A stretch of DNA of 64,000 nucleotides from Lepidodermella squamata (Eukaryota; Animalia; Gastrotricha). Positions 1-12,408 of the stretch are shown one piece after another (within the stretch, counting starts at the first letter, position 1; each line of letters begins with the position of its first letter). Below the pieces are notes generated by a model. It was given only the letters and a program-made list of their open reading frames with translations, was not told the DNA's origin and ran no database searches. Both the position numbers and the translations under genes were made by a program. The stretch lies in NCBI GenBank assembly GCA_047495785.1, contig JBLDXI010000048.1:434001-498000 (forward strand), given 5' to 3'.

Positions 1-2619
1 TGATCATCAAGGAAGACCTTGGCGAACTGCAGAAGGTAGGCTACTTTCAATTTTTCATTCCCAAGGTATAGGCTTGGGAATAGGATAAGCAACGACATCA
101 GGAATGGGATTGAATGAAACATTGTCATGGTTGAAAAATGAAAACAGAAGTATAAAACCAAGAGAACATAAATGTTGGGTCATCAGATGCACAGAAGGAT
201 AATTTCGAGAACTAACCTACGCTTGGATTTGATAAAATGCGATTTATCTTTCATAGCTCCGATTCGGTCATGGTCCCAAAACCTCTGGAAATGTAAGTTT
301 TACCTCTAAAATTTACCGATTTCCTAACCTGTTTTCGTTCATAAGCATCCCTGGAAAGTTCAAGAAGTACGGCTGAAACACGTTTTGAGTGGAACACTTC
401 ACCGATTCGCAATGGGCGCTGCTCCTAAAGCTCCATCAGCGGAACCACGATACCGCGTCGAAGTCTATATGCGAAAAGCAGCTTCAGACATCGGCGCCCG
501 AGCAGCAATCTACATTAAACTCAAGGGCGAGAGAGTTATCACTGACAAATGCTGGCTAAATACATCCCTCAACAATCCTGTGAGATTTAAACCCGGTCAA
601 ATGGATGTGTTCGAAATCGACGACGCACCAGATTGTGGTGATGTCAAGAACATAACTTTTGGAGGGCCGAATGAAGACGTGGTCGCGGCGTTGCGAAGTT
701 TCATCAACAAAGTCATCGTTGTTCCGCTACATTGGCCGAAACGGAAGGAGTTTGTCTTCACATTCAAGTAAGTTTCACAATCATATCAGTTTCACATATT
801 TCGATAAATTATCGATAATTGTCACTATTTTTTCTTACAGCACTGATGCTCAATCTGCCACTACAGCTCCAAGTAGGCTAAATTTCATTCCTTATATGGC
901 TTTATCATCCAACCTTCCTTTCAACTTATCCAGAACGTACTTGGGTTGTCAAAATACGAACGGGAAACTTTGCTATGTCAGCAACCCAAACACCCCTCGG
1001 CCTTCAGATATGCGGCCGAAAAACAAGCAGCGTAGTAACACTCAAACAAGCGAATGGATTCGTTCCGAAACAAGTCCATCAATTCAAGGCCGAGATTGAA
1101 GACATCGATGAGGTGGACCTTTCGATACATATCCGGCATGGATAAAAATTTACTTATATACATTTAGGTATTCAAAATACGAGTTGGTTTCGAGGACTGG
1201 TCCCAAAAGCCCACATTATTCATAGAAGAGATCATCCTAGAAATGCTGAATGGACCTCAATACTCGTGTACTGTTAACGAATGGGTATGGGCTGGGGTTA
1301 GGCAAGACGGCTGGCGCGAATTTCTCATTAAAAAAGCGAAACAACAGCTCAAATGTCACAAATACCAAGTTGCGACTTGGACTGGTCCGATGGGCGTTGA
1401 CAAAACCGAAAAGCCTGCTCATATCTTCTTGGAAATGTTCGGATCCTTGGGCGACACTGGTAAGAGAAGATTGGCGAACTCGAAGTGTCACGTGAAAAAA
1501 TTCGCCCCTAATCAAATGGACCTGTTCGATATTGAAGCGATCGATATAGGAGATATCAAGAAAGTAATCCTAACTATGCAGTCGAAGGATTCAAACGCGA
1601 AATGGCATGCGTCGAGAATCCTAGTTCAGGCCCATCCGTTGGGAGGGGAGGAGTTTATCTTCGATTGCAATCGTCTCCTAGACCCGTTGTCCAATAAAAC
1701 AGCCACATTCCCTGTCACCCTTAAAAACCCTGGGAAACCCTTTGATAACGCTGGTAAGGATGATTATTTGGTCTTTGTGACTACGGGCCCAGAGTTTGAA
1801 ATGAGCATCAATACCGGGGTGATTTTGACCCTTTTTGGGGAGAAGGCGCCTCTTCCTCCAGTCACCCTGATGAAACCGAACTCAGCTATCGGCCCAGGGG
1901 GTAAAAAAGGCGCGCCAACTGTTACATTCCGCCCTGGAGCGGTTGATTCTTTCCCAATTAAAGTGCCAATGGATCAAATTGGGTCCCTGCTAAAGGCTAG
2001 AATTGAGCATAACAATATCGGGACGCATCGTGATTGGTATTTGGACAAGTTCTCCCTGCAAAGCTTGGCCAGGCCCAGGGAGTTCACGCTACATTTTGAG
2101 GTCGATAACTGGCTTTCTGAATCGAAGGAAGACGGTGAAATAGTTCGAGAATGTACTGCTGCCTACTTCGAGAATCCGGCTGGAATTCCCTTGAGATATG
2201 AACTTAGCTTGAGACTCGGCCCCAAGACTTCAAAGCAACTACCGAAAGATGTTGTAGTTTACGCAGTATTGATGGGGAAGACTCCGTTGAATACTGGAAA
2301 GAGGGGTCTACGAAAAACTATCAACGGAACGCCATTTCTGCAGCCTAATACGTTGAGCACATTTAATATTTCGGCGGTCGGCGTTGGCGAGGTGACTCGA
2401 GTTGCGATCGGGCATAACTGCAAGGATATCGACTATCAACTCGAGATTAGTGAAATCACTGTTGTTTGGGAGGGCGCAATACGTGGTCGAGCTGATTTTC
2501 CTGTAAATAAGTAAATTGAAAAAGCGAAAAACTTAATTTCATTGGGCTAAATATTCATGCTTTTCAGACTGGTGGCGAAACCTCATCCAAACAAAGACGC
2601 TGAAATAATTGTTCCATAA
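1..2619 (+). CDS. 3' part of a multi-exon gene for a tandem PLAT/LH2-domain protein (LOXHD1-like); starts upstream of the window
   Basis: ORFs 385-771 and 1243-2514 contain repeated PLAT signatures (YQVATWTG..FLEMFGSLGDTG..FAPNQMDLFDIEAIDIGDIKKV; IGSLLKARIEHNNIG..WYLDK). GT-AG introns link the exons; the last exon 2568-2619 ends ...EIIVP-TAA, followed by AATAAA near 2664. Confidence 0.85.
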
Positions 2620-3011
2620 ACACTCTCTTATTTTACTGCTTTTTCACGTTTCGCAAAGGAAAGCAATAAAACTAGAGCAGTTGAATTTACAGCTTTTTAG
2701 CATACTAAGATGAATCGCAGTAACAGTAGCAAAATCACAATATATTTGCTATCAAACATATTTCTGTCAACAAACTGGACGGCTATTAAAACCTGAAGAG
2801 CGTGCGCTGTCCGCGTGGACACCGCGTGAATCATCGATCATCGCATGTAACTGTAGCAAAGTGCTCCTTAATTCTGTCAAAGTCGAACACGTGGGATGTG
2901 GGACTAATCCGTAATTGCGTTCATGGTCAATTGATGGGTCTCTACACATATCGCATAAATACTGTTCCGGTGACACTCGAAAAGGGCGACAATAAGTGAA
3001 TAGTCCGCGTG

Positions 3012-3253
3012 GTTATCTCACAAAAAACAGACGAAATAAAAAAATTGAGGCAACGGGAGGATTTGAACCCTTGACCGCTGGGTATTGGCTCATGAGGCGA
3101 TAACACTGCCGCCGGAGCTAGCTTATTTTCTCGGAGAGGAAGGCTTATATATAATAAAGTGGTCCAACCCATGGTTTTAATCCTAACGGTCTCGGGTTCA
3201 AATCCTCGTTTTGCGTTTATTTATTGCTTTGGCCTGTTTTCTTGTGAGATAGC
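3012..3253. repeat. Imperfect inverted repeat with two divergently oriented tRNA-like arms (MITE/SINE-derived)
   Basis: GTTATCTCACAAAAAACAG at 3012 pairs with CTGTTTTCTTGTGAGATAGC ending 3253; GAGGATTTGAACCC (~3057) pairs with GGGTTCAAATCCTC (~3194), a Pol III B-box-like motif. Confidence 0.6.
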
Positions 3254-3604
3254 GAAGTGTCGAAGCGACGGAACGACGAATCAACGAAAAATAACGTTAA
3301 TGTAAAACTGGCAAAACGGTAACCTGGCTGACGAATCCTATGAATTCGACCGGATGAATCTATATTCAAAAACTAGTGTGATTGAAATTTTCAGTGAAAT
3401 CAGAACCTGATGCGAACTATGCGCCCAAGTGTCTAGTTTGGCATACCGTTGTCGATTTCTCGACTAGTTTCTTCAATTGCCAGAAAATTCAAAAATTCGA
3501 TTCTTTTGCTTAGCTGGAAAAAAATTCGGCCGTGAAAGGGTTAAGAGCGTTCATTTTTTCAAGCTATTTGTCCGTCAATGATTTTTAGAGGCGTAGGTAT
3601 TTTA

Positions 3605-3680
3605 TCGCGTGCGGTGCTCGAATTTGAATAACAACAATTTGGGCACGTGCATTTCTTGATATTAAACCACGAAATATTAG
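3605..3680 (+). promoter_or_regulatory. Conserved upstream block of the pseudo-astacin genes (copy 1; homologs at ~9552, ~20985, ~36280)
   Basis: TCGCGTG..TGCT(C/T)GAA..AACAAC..G(C/G)(A/G)CGTG..AAACCAC lies about 70-160 bp before the ATG in all four paralogs while flanks diverge. Confidence 0.6.
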
Positions 3681-3750
3681 GTTGTTTACTAATCATTCAA
3701 TAAAATTCCGCTAGGAAATTACCTTCAAAAAATTTAGAGTAAGGAGATCA

Positions 3751-6443
3751 ATGATGGCAGTACGCCTCCTTTTGCTCGTTTTGACTTGCTCGTACTTCCA
3801 CCTAGTCTCCTCAGGCACGGAGAATGCCTACAATATCACATTTACCATCTTCAACAGCGATGGACCAAGAGTGATAAACATGACCATGTATTACGCCTCT
3901 TATGACGGCTTCACCCCTGCCCAACCACCGGCGAAACCATGGCCGCTGCCGATACCTTACACCTTTAATAACGACACCGTGAAACGCGGCGTTTGCAGCG
4001 ATCCAGCCGATTGTAGCGATGCGGGTATTTGTGAGTTTACACCTGAAAAAATGTCTCGCTCCATTGTTTATTATGTTTGTATTTTCGTGGTAGCCGAGTT
4101 TGACAGGGGCTTCATCAGGCAAGCGATAGCTCAACTCGAATCGGTAACCTGCTTGCGGTTCGTGGAAAACCCGTCTATCAACCTGAATACATCAAACTCG
4201 ATTCTCTTCTTCAAAATGGGGTGAGCTGCTTCTTCCCAGCTTGGAAATTCATTTGTTATTTATTCCAGTGACACGCAAGGTTTTCATGGCGTTGATTACC
4301 CTCAAAAGTTCATTGGGATTGGAAATACTGTTGGCGATACAAGCTTTGCGGTTATTTTACTATTCTAAACTTGAAAAATATATAAACTTGCATCGAATCA
4401 GGTTCAATTCGCGATTAAAAAAATTGGTTACGTCCTAGGGCTGACGTATGAGCTCAGACGGCCGGATCGCGATCAATATCTCTTACCCAACCCTAGCGCC
4501 GAGACCAGGTTTGGTTTCATTCTTCATCTTAGCTCAAAAATTCGACTGAATTTCTTTGCATTTATCTGAACAGCTACCCGATAAATACGGCGCAATCGTA
4601 CTACAACTCGACTCCGTTTGACTATGAGTCGCTCTTCAATCCTATTATGAATGGAATTGGCGACCCGAGGGTAGGTCCTATGTATCCACTCGACCGCCGA
4701 TACGTGACAAGCTTGGGACAACCTAGTCACCTGTCACTGCTCGACATGGTGAAGTTGAACACGTTATACAACTGCTTCAGTGAGTTTCAGCTGATGCGCA
4801 AAGAACCTTTTTAGTAAACTTTTATATTCAGATTCCGATCCGTGCAAGAACCCAACGATCACATGTCAAAATGGTGGCTACCCGAATCCGAGCGTAAACT
4901 GTTCAAAATGCTTCTGCCCCGTTGGGCTCCGTGGCGATTTTTGCGAAATGCCATATCCGACCGATACAGCAAACGGCTGCGGTGGCGAAGTCTACGTTGA
5001 GCCTTGTACTTCTGTTGACATTTCAACTCCTAAAGTTGGCACAACAAATTCGACTCGTTGTTCTTGGCGTGTCACAACGGTTTGAAAATGATTTCTCCTT
5101 ACGTCCTATTACTTCTTTCCTCTTCCAGGGTAATGCGAGTGGATTGGTGTTCGCTTTCCCAAGTTGGATATTTCTGGAATTTTACGGTGGGCAAATTGCT
5201 TACCGGAGAATATTTGCCTAACAACTATATATTTAGAAAATCTAAATTGTTGGAACTTCGTCCTTATAAGAGGCTTGGGAATGGAGAGCCGAGTTCCTGG
5301 GTTTATGTAACAGTGTAGAATTTTGCCTTGTTGTTGCTAACTGTTTCGTCCGATTAGATTTTGCCGTATCTCTATCAAGAGTGGCCGTGTTTTTGTTACG
5401 AACCAAAATCAAGCTTTATTCTACTCGAGCATAAGCAGACAGGAATCGGGCCAGCGCGCCACTGTGACGGTCTTCGCCACTTGTCCCGGCGTTAAAGCAA
5501 CGGAGTTGAGTAAGGAATGTCGAATCACGCCGGCCGCCATTGACTATGAAGGATCGCTCCTGACTAAGACCGTAACCGGAGCGACCTGCTCACGCTGGTC
5601 GTCAGATTCCGGTTTGCGCAACTTGGATATGCCCAGGGGTGATTTTAATGCCTCCGGAAACGCGTGCCGCAATCCCTACTTTTCTTCTTTAAAATGCTGG
5701 AGTGACGGTGGGCTTACCGACTGCGCGAATTCAGACAGAATTAAAAACTGCAGTAAGTCTTGTGACTTTGAATGCAATTGACGTCTATACGCCTGTGTTA
5801 CAGCTCAATTGGCTTCGCGTTGCATCAACTCGGTAACAGGCCAGTTCGAAGCGTGCAGGCGATACTGCTTGGGGGGCGAAACGCCTTTCAAGGAATGGCC
5901 AGCTCGTTTCATGGACAACTGCAGCAAGGGCGTGAGTCGTAATCTGTTGTAATCTTGCAAAATTTCCGCTCCTGCTCTGTAGAATGCCAAGAAATGCGTC
6001 AAAGGCTCGACTTTTCGTTGCATTGCTGGCGACCAAGGCTGTGCCGCCGGTGAGGACAAAATCGTGAGTTTTTGGAACATTTCTATGATTTGCGGCATTT
6101 TTGTGATTTTCGGTTTTAGATGTTCAACACCTACGCCTTCTTCGGCCGCAATCTGCTGGCGTGTAATCATCGAGCTGATCTCGATTGGGTTCGTTTCGAT
6201 TGGGCTATAATGCTGATAATATCGTTGATAAAACATTTTGAACAGAAATACATCCGCTGCTACCGCAACTCAACAGGCATGCCTTTCTCGGAGTGTCGAC
6301 GTGCAGATTTCGGATGCAAACCGAATGAAGTTGGTCCCTTTTCTTGGGAGTATTCAACTTTGATATAAACTTCTTCGTTTTTTCAGGTATCGGATGCAAC
6401 GCCGCCATTTCCGGATCCTTTCAAATGCTACGAGGGCATGTAG
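3751..6443 (+). CDS. Secreted non-catalytic astacin-like protein, copy 1 (signal peptide, astacin-like, EGF, CUB, kringle, Cys-rich tail); multi-exon
   Basis: Signal peptide MMAVRLLLLVLTC; astacin marks KPWPLPIPY, AIAQLESVTCLRF, KKIGYVLGLTYELRRPDRDQY, FDYESLF, LGQ..LSLLDMVKLNTLYNC; EGF CQNGGYPNP..CFCP; CUB CGGEV..CSWRV..FC; kringle DYEG..TGATCSRW..NACRNP; GT-AG introns keep the frame to ..PFKCYEGM-TAG. Confidence 0.88.
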
Positions 6444-6832
6444 CTGCCGAGCCAGGGGCTATCACTAAGCACTCTAATTATGAGACATCATAACTCATTT
6501 TTGATCTGCTTTTGCGTTATTGCATATAAATATACAAAGTATTTTGGGTTTTTCTTTCTGCGCGTTGACTCGTTTTCTGCAGTTTATCAGCTAGAATAGG
6601 TGCAAATAAAAAACACTCCAATGCTGTCTTCACTCACAAACATTTTTGCCTTGGGTGAATTGAAATCGCCGCACGGACTGTTGCTGCCATTAGGCGCGAT
6701 GTATGACAAGGTTTCGTTGCTACGGATTATTCCTATAGTGAAAATAATAATTTGAGCACATTTACTGTCCCAACCACCAACCATATATTATTTAATTTTC
6801 GATGTCCGTTGCGTCTTAGACCGTCTCAATTA

Positions 6833-7736
6833 TCCGGATCGTATCGTAAAATATGCCTTCTTAATGGCCGAATTATAAACTCATAAAACCTTCTTCCAAG
6901 CAGGGATTTTTTGATATTTTTATATCAAAAAATGCCCGCTTGCCCAGAAAATATCACCAAAAACCCCACTTGTCAAACACACAAGAGAAACCCAAAAAAG
7001 CTCAAGCAACACTTCAAAACGATTTTATTGAAAATCACAAAAATGGGGTGAAAATTGGGCAGAACTCCGGAAGAAAAAGAGCGAGACCGGTATCAAATCG
7101 GGCAGCATTCACCCCCATCGAACAGCACTTGGCCATGAGCTCGTGAAAATCGGGCAGAACTCGTCCAGAGATTCGCAAAATCGGGCAGAACTCGTCCAGA
7201 ATTTCGCGAAAATTGAGCAGAATTCGTCTGGAAATTCGCGACAAAAGAGCAGAATTCGTCCAGGATGTCGCGGGGATCAAGCAACAATCAGCCAGCTTTC
7301 GATGAAATCGAAGACAGCTCAGGCAGCATTGGATCCCAGAATCCAATGAAAGCAAGAAGATACAGAACGGCATGGTTCGAAAATCGAGCGATTCCTGACA
7401 CCATGGCAAATAGCAGCCTTTCGTTCGAAAGTCGAAGGGTCGTTTGAAAGTCGCATTGACAGCCATCCGAATCCAACCGAGCAGAACCATCTTGCGTCCG
7501 ACAGCCCAATTTTGTGATTCAGTAGCAGCAATTTGTTGAGCAAGCGAGAAATGCGGGAAATGTGAAAAACAAACCAAAAACTCGCAAAATGAAGAATGCG
7601 AAAATGAAATGAGCAAGCAACAAATTTCATGATTTTTTAAGTTGGATTTTTCAATTTCAAATTATAGCGATAGAAATTCAGCGAGAGTGTACCATACAAT
7701 ACTAGTAACCCTGAAAATTTTACGATACGACCCGGA
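6833..7736. mobile_element. Non-autonomous TIR element flanked by TA (Tc1/mariner-like MITE) with an internal minisatellite
   Basis: TA|TCCGGATCGTATCGTAAAAT ... ATTTTACGATACGACCCGGA|TA. Confidence 0.75.
7051..7265 (+). repeat. Degenerate ~31-33 bp tandem repeat (AAAATCGGGCAGAACTCGTCCAGA...)
   Basis: At least four consecutive units at 7146-7265 plus a unit at 7051. Confidence 0.8.
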
Positions 7737-8341
7737 TAACACACATATACGGAAGCCATTCAGGTTATATGCTCTATTATATGTTATACGAAATATAAGC
7801 CTTCAGGCGATTATAAACCCATATCGTTAGCGACGCGCCAAAACAACCACTTTACTATTTATAGATTTTATGAGGAAAGTACGTTCGAAATTAGGAAAAA
7901 ATCGGTGTTCAAAAGGCCTAACGTACTTCACCATTACGTTCGGCGACTTCAAGTACGATCGAATGAATCATCTAAGTGGTTGTTTTGGCGCGCCGCTAAC
8001 GATATACCCTTCTTGTCTTCCGTATATTATATAATATTTTGGGCACAAGACGAATATGACGCTGAAAGTCTCACGAATAAAAAATGTAGTTTTGGAAGGC
8101 GGTCGATGAGAGTTGGTGGCTACCTCGAAATCGGCCACCCACTCGATGGATTGAAAAGTACAACTCGAAAGTAAAACTTTGGACACCAGTGCAATTTTGA
8201 ACACGATAGAAATTCATTATTTTAACTTCGAGGAGAATATTTCAAGTTTTTTATAGACTTCGATCGCATTTACTGAACTCCCCTATGCTCCATAGAGAAC
8301 TTAGTGATCAGAAAAAGACTTATTATCTCGTAATGGCAACG

Positions 8342-8878
8342 CATAGAGAATAGAGTTACCAGAGATGAAACTCCTATTGGAAACTTGAAGTTTTAATTCA
8401 TTTGCCGATATTCTTAACATTTCATTATGGCGGATCTTTTTGAAAGTCGCGCCTACATGTTTACATGTAAAAGGGGTGTTTTTCCACGGGCTATACCCAA
8501 AATAGCCCATCGTGAAATTTCGATTTTTTAATTTCAATCGATGGGGATTGGTTTCAACTATAACCAGTTCAAAGGATTTCGTACGGAAATGAACGGTTTT
8601 GACGCCATGGCCATTTCCGCGAAGGCCACTTTTTGGGGGTTAAAAATTTGTGTTTTTGCCTTGACCCCACGGCCACAGCCTTGATCAGACTATCGCTTTC
8701 TTTGGTGGAACTGATAGAACTGAGTCCATATTAGCTATAAGCATATGAAATTTCTTGTTTAGGAAAGCCACCATTCAAAAATTATTCATGGGTTTCGGAT
8801 GCACTTTTTCAAGATTCTGCTTTTAAATATTGCTGAAAAGTGCAAAGGCTGAAATCGTTGCTAACTCTATTCTCTATG
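8342..8878. mobile_element. MITE with CATAGAGAATAGAGTTA TIRs and an 8-bp TSD (P- or hAT-like), nested in a related short element 8291-8974
   Basis: TGGCAACG|CATAGAGAATAGAGTTA ... TAACTCTATTCTCTATG|TGGCAACG; outer ends CATAGAGAACTTAGTG (8291) and CACTCCGTTCTCTATG (8974). Confidence 0.85.
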
Positions 8879-9692
8879 TGGCAACGAATTAATTTCAAAT
8901 ACCGAGTAAAACGTCCACCATAAAAATGTTGATGGCTTATTATTTTTAAATTTTCAAGCACTCCGTTCTCTATGAGCAAACCAGCGAGTTGAAAATCGCA
9001 AATTTCACGCGAAATTCTCTGCGCACGAATAAAGGTGGATTTTTTTTTAACACAAAATCTTGGTGTTCATAGTTGTACTTTTGGGGTACCTCTAGCCAAA
9101 TCCTTACGCTTGCGAATTTCCGAGAATAAAAAAATACCAGGATGTTACGCAAGGCGGCCCTTATTGAACTACGTTGAAAACCCGAGCAAAATCGCATCTC
9201 TTGAATTTAAACAGCACATTGAAGTTTGCATTGACGTAGGTGTTCAAAGTTGTACCGGATTACGGTAAATCAGATCTTCTTGATATCAACAAATAAATAA
9301 CTGAAGAACAAAAATGCAAGTGTATAAAAGACTGAGCTTTCGGGTTTCCATGAATTTCAACGGCTGGAAAATGATTTAATCAATTTCACAACTCCGAATT
9401 TCGGCGGCTGAGCTGGTCCTTGATGCCGTCTACATTTAAACACCGAAAGAAGCTAAAAATAACACGAATTTTAACAGATGAACTAAACGTTCATTTTCTC
9501 ACGCTTTTGTGTGCGGGATGTCCAGGTTTAATTCAGATGCGTAGTTATTTCATCGCGTGCTCGAAAATTAAAATAACAACATATTGGGCACGTGCATTTC
9601 TTGACATTAAACCACGAAATATTTAATTTTTTACCATTCAGTCATTCCGCTAGTAAACAAATATTTTATCGCATTAATAGGTCTGATCAGTA

Positions 9693-12408
9693 ATGGCAGT
9701 ACGCCTCATTTTGCTTGTATTGGCTTGCTCACAATTCCACCTCGCTTCCCCGATTTCGGAGTATGCTTACAATTTCACCTTTACGGTCTTCAGCGACGAT
9801 GGCCCAACAGTGATAAAGATGACAATGTATTCGGACTTTTATGACGGCTTCAATCCCAGCCACCCTCCGGCAAAGCCGTGGCCGTTGCCGATACCTTACG
9901 CATTCAATAACGGCACTGTGAGAATCGGCGTTTGCAGCGACCCAGCAGATTGTGACGACGTAGCTATGTGTGAGTTTACTGAGAAGTGTCTCGCTCCATT
10001 GTTTATTTTGTTCATATTTACGTGACAGCCGAGCTTGATAGGGGCTTGATCAGGCAAGCAATAGCTCAACTCGAATCAGTCACCTGCTTGCGATTCGAGG
10101 AAAGACCGACTATCAATTTGAATACATCCAACTCGATTCTTTTCATAGGATATGGGTGAGTGTTGTGTCCCATCAGCTTGGCGAATCAATAGTCATTCGT
10201 TTCATTCAGGGCTTCCGAAGGCCTTCATGGCGTTGATTACCCTCAAAAGTTCGTTGGGTTTGAAAATTCTGTTAGCGATACAAGCTTCTCGGTTAGTTCC
10301 TATTCAACACTTGAAAAGCGTGTAAACTGGCTTTGAATCAGGTTCAATACGCGATCAGAAAAATTGGCTACGCCCTAGGACTAACGTATGAGATCAGAAG
10401 ACCAGATCGCGACCAATATCTTATCCCATACCCTGGCTCTGAGAACAGGTTTGTTTTTTTGGTTCAATTATTCAATTATCTCAGCTCTCGAATTCGACCG
10501 AATTTCTTTGCATTCTTCTGGATAGCTATCCGATAAATACGGCTCAAACATACTACAGCGCGACAACATTTGACTACGAGTCGCTCTTCAATCCAAGTAT
10601 GAATGGGATGGGCAATCTGCTGGTCAGTGAAAGGTACCCAGCACTCGACCGGCGATACGTGACAAGCTTGGGACAGCCTAGTTACCTGTCGCTGCTCGAC
10701 ATGGTGAAGTTGAACACTTTGTACAACTGCTTCAGTAAGTTTAGGCTGCTGCTAAAGTAGAATCTGCTCGTTCAACGTATTCTTTTAGATTCAGATCCAT
10801 GCAAGAACCCAACGATCACATGCCAAAATGGTGGCTACCCGAATCCGAGCGTGAACTGTACAAAATGTTTCTGCCCGGTTGGTCTTGGTGGTGACTTTTG
10901 CGAAATTCCATATCCGACCGATACAGCGAATGGCTGCGGTGGTGAAGTCTACGTGGAGCCTTGTACAACTGCTGACATCAAAACTCCTGAAGTCGGTACA
11001 ACAAATTCAACTCGTTGTTCTTGGCGCGTCACAACGGTTTGCAAATTTTTCCGCTTCCGATTGATTATCGTGGGATTATGTCTTTCCTCTGACAGGGTAA
11101 TACGAGTGGATTGATCTTCGCTTTCCCAACTTGGCTCTCTCTAGAATATTATGGTGGGAAAATCTGTATCTGAGAATATCTGCCTATATAGTAACTTCAT
11201 TTTTAGGATCTGTAAATTGTCAGAACTTCGTTCTCATACGAGGCTTGGGAATGGAGAGTAGAGTTCCTGGGTTTATGTAAGAGTGAAGAATTTCGCCTTG
11301 TTGTTGCTAACTGTTTCCTCCGATTAGGTTTTGCCGTATCGCTAATATGAATGGCCGTGTTTTTGTCACCAAAAACAAACAAGCTTTATTCTACTCGAGC
11401 ATACTATTCCAAGCAGCGGGCCAAGGTGCCACCGTGACGGTCTTCGCAACTTGTCCCGGCATTAAAGCAACCGAGATGAGTAAGGAATGCCGAATCACGC
11501 CGGTCGCCAGTGACTATGAAGGATCGCTCATTTCCAAGACCGTAACCGGAGCGACGTGCTCGCGCTGGTCGGAAGACTCCGGTTTGCGATACATGTATAT
11601 GCCCAGGGGCGATTTCAATGCCTCTGGAAATGCGTGCCGCAATCCCTATTTTTCTTCGTTAAAATGCTGGAGTGACGGTGGACTTGCCGACTGCGCGAAT
11701 TCAGACAGAATTAAAAACTGCAGTAAGTCATTTTAATACTTTGAATGCAATTGACGTCAACGTCAACTATGTTACAGCTCAATTGGCTTCGCGTTGCATC
11801 AACTCGGTAACAGGCCAGTTCGAAGCGTGCAGGCGATACTGCTTGGAGGGCGAAACGCCTTTCAAGGAGTGGCCAGCTCGTTTCATGGACACCTGCGGCA
11901 AGGGCGTGAGTTCTAATCTATTCTAATCTTGCAAAATCAGCGCTTTTTGTTTCGTAGAACGCAAAGAAATGCGTGAAAGGCTCCACTTTTCGTTGCATCG
12001 CTGGCGACCAAGGCTGTGCCTCCGGTGAGGAAAAAATCGTGCGTTTCCAAAAAATAGCAAATTTTGCCGAAATGTCTGTATTCTGCTGTTTTAGATGTTC
12101 AACACTTATGCCTTCTTCGGCCGCAATTTGCTGGCGTGTAATCATCGAGCTGATCTCAATTGGGTTCGTTTCGATTGGGCTAACGCTGATAATATCGTTG
12201 ATAAATCGTTGTGAATAGAAATACATCCGTTGTTACCGCAACTCACCAGGCATGCCCTTCTCTGAGTGTCGACGTGCAGATTTCGGATGCAAAAAGACTT
12301 AGGTCTCATGGTATTTTTTTAACTTTGAAATGAAATTCTTCGCTTTTTCAGGTATCGGATGCAACGCCGCCATTTCCGGATCCTTTCAAATGCTACGAGG
12401 GCATGTAA
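9693..12408 (+). CDS. Secreted non-catalytic astacin-like protein, copy 2 (closest to copy 1); premature TAG at 12300 drops the last exon
   Basis: Same exon series as copy 1; motif RKIGYALGLTYEIRRPDRDQY; ..DFGCKKT-TAG where paralogs have Glu then a splice donor. Confidence 0.85.

Noticed and set aside
3520-3544. piggyBac-like end (GAAAGGG-TTAA)
   Set aside because: No matching left end found; too short to support.
3751-6443. Non-canonical splicing in the astacin array
   Set aside because: All introns checked resolve as GT-AG with consistent phases.
7051-7265. Possible CRISPR array
   Set aside because: Units are contiguous and degenerate with no unique spacers, there are no cas genes, and the context is a eukaryotic MITE.
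7035-7630. 193-aa and overlapping ORFs
   Set aside because: They arise from the minisatellite and MITE interior, with no transposase motifs.
11259-11261. Apparent premature TAG in copy 2 (GAG TAG AGT)
   Set aside because: Wrong frame; splice phases give NCQNFVLIRGLGMESRVPGF, which is open in all copies.
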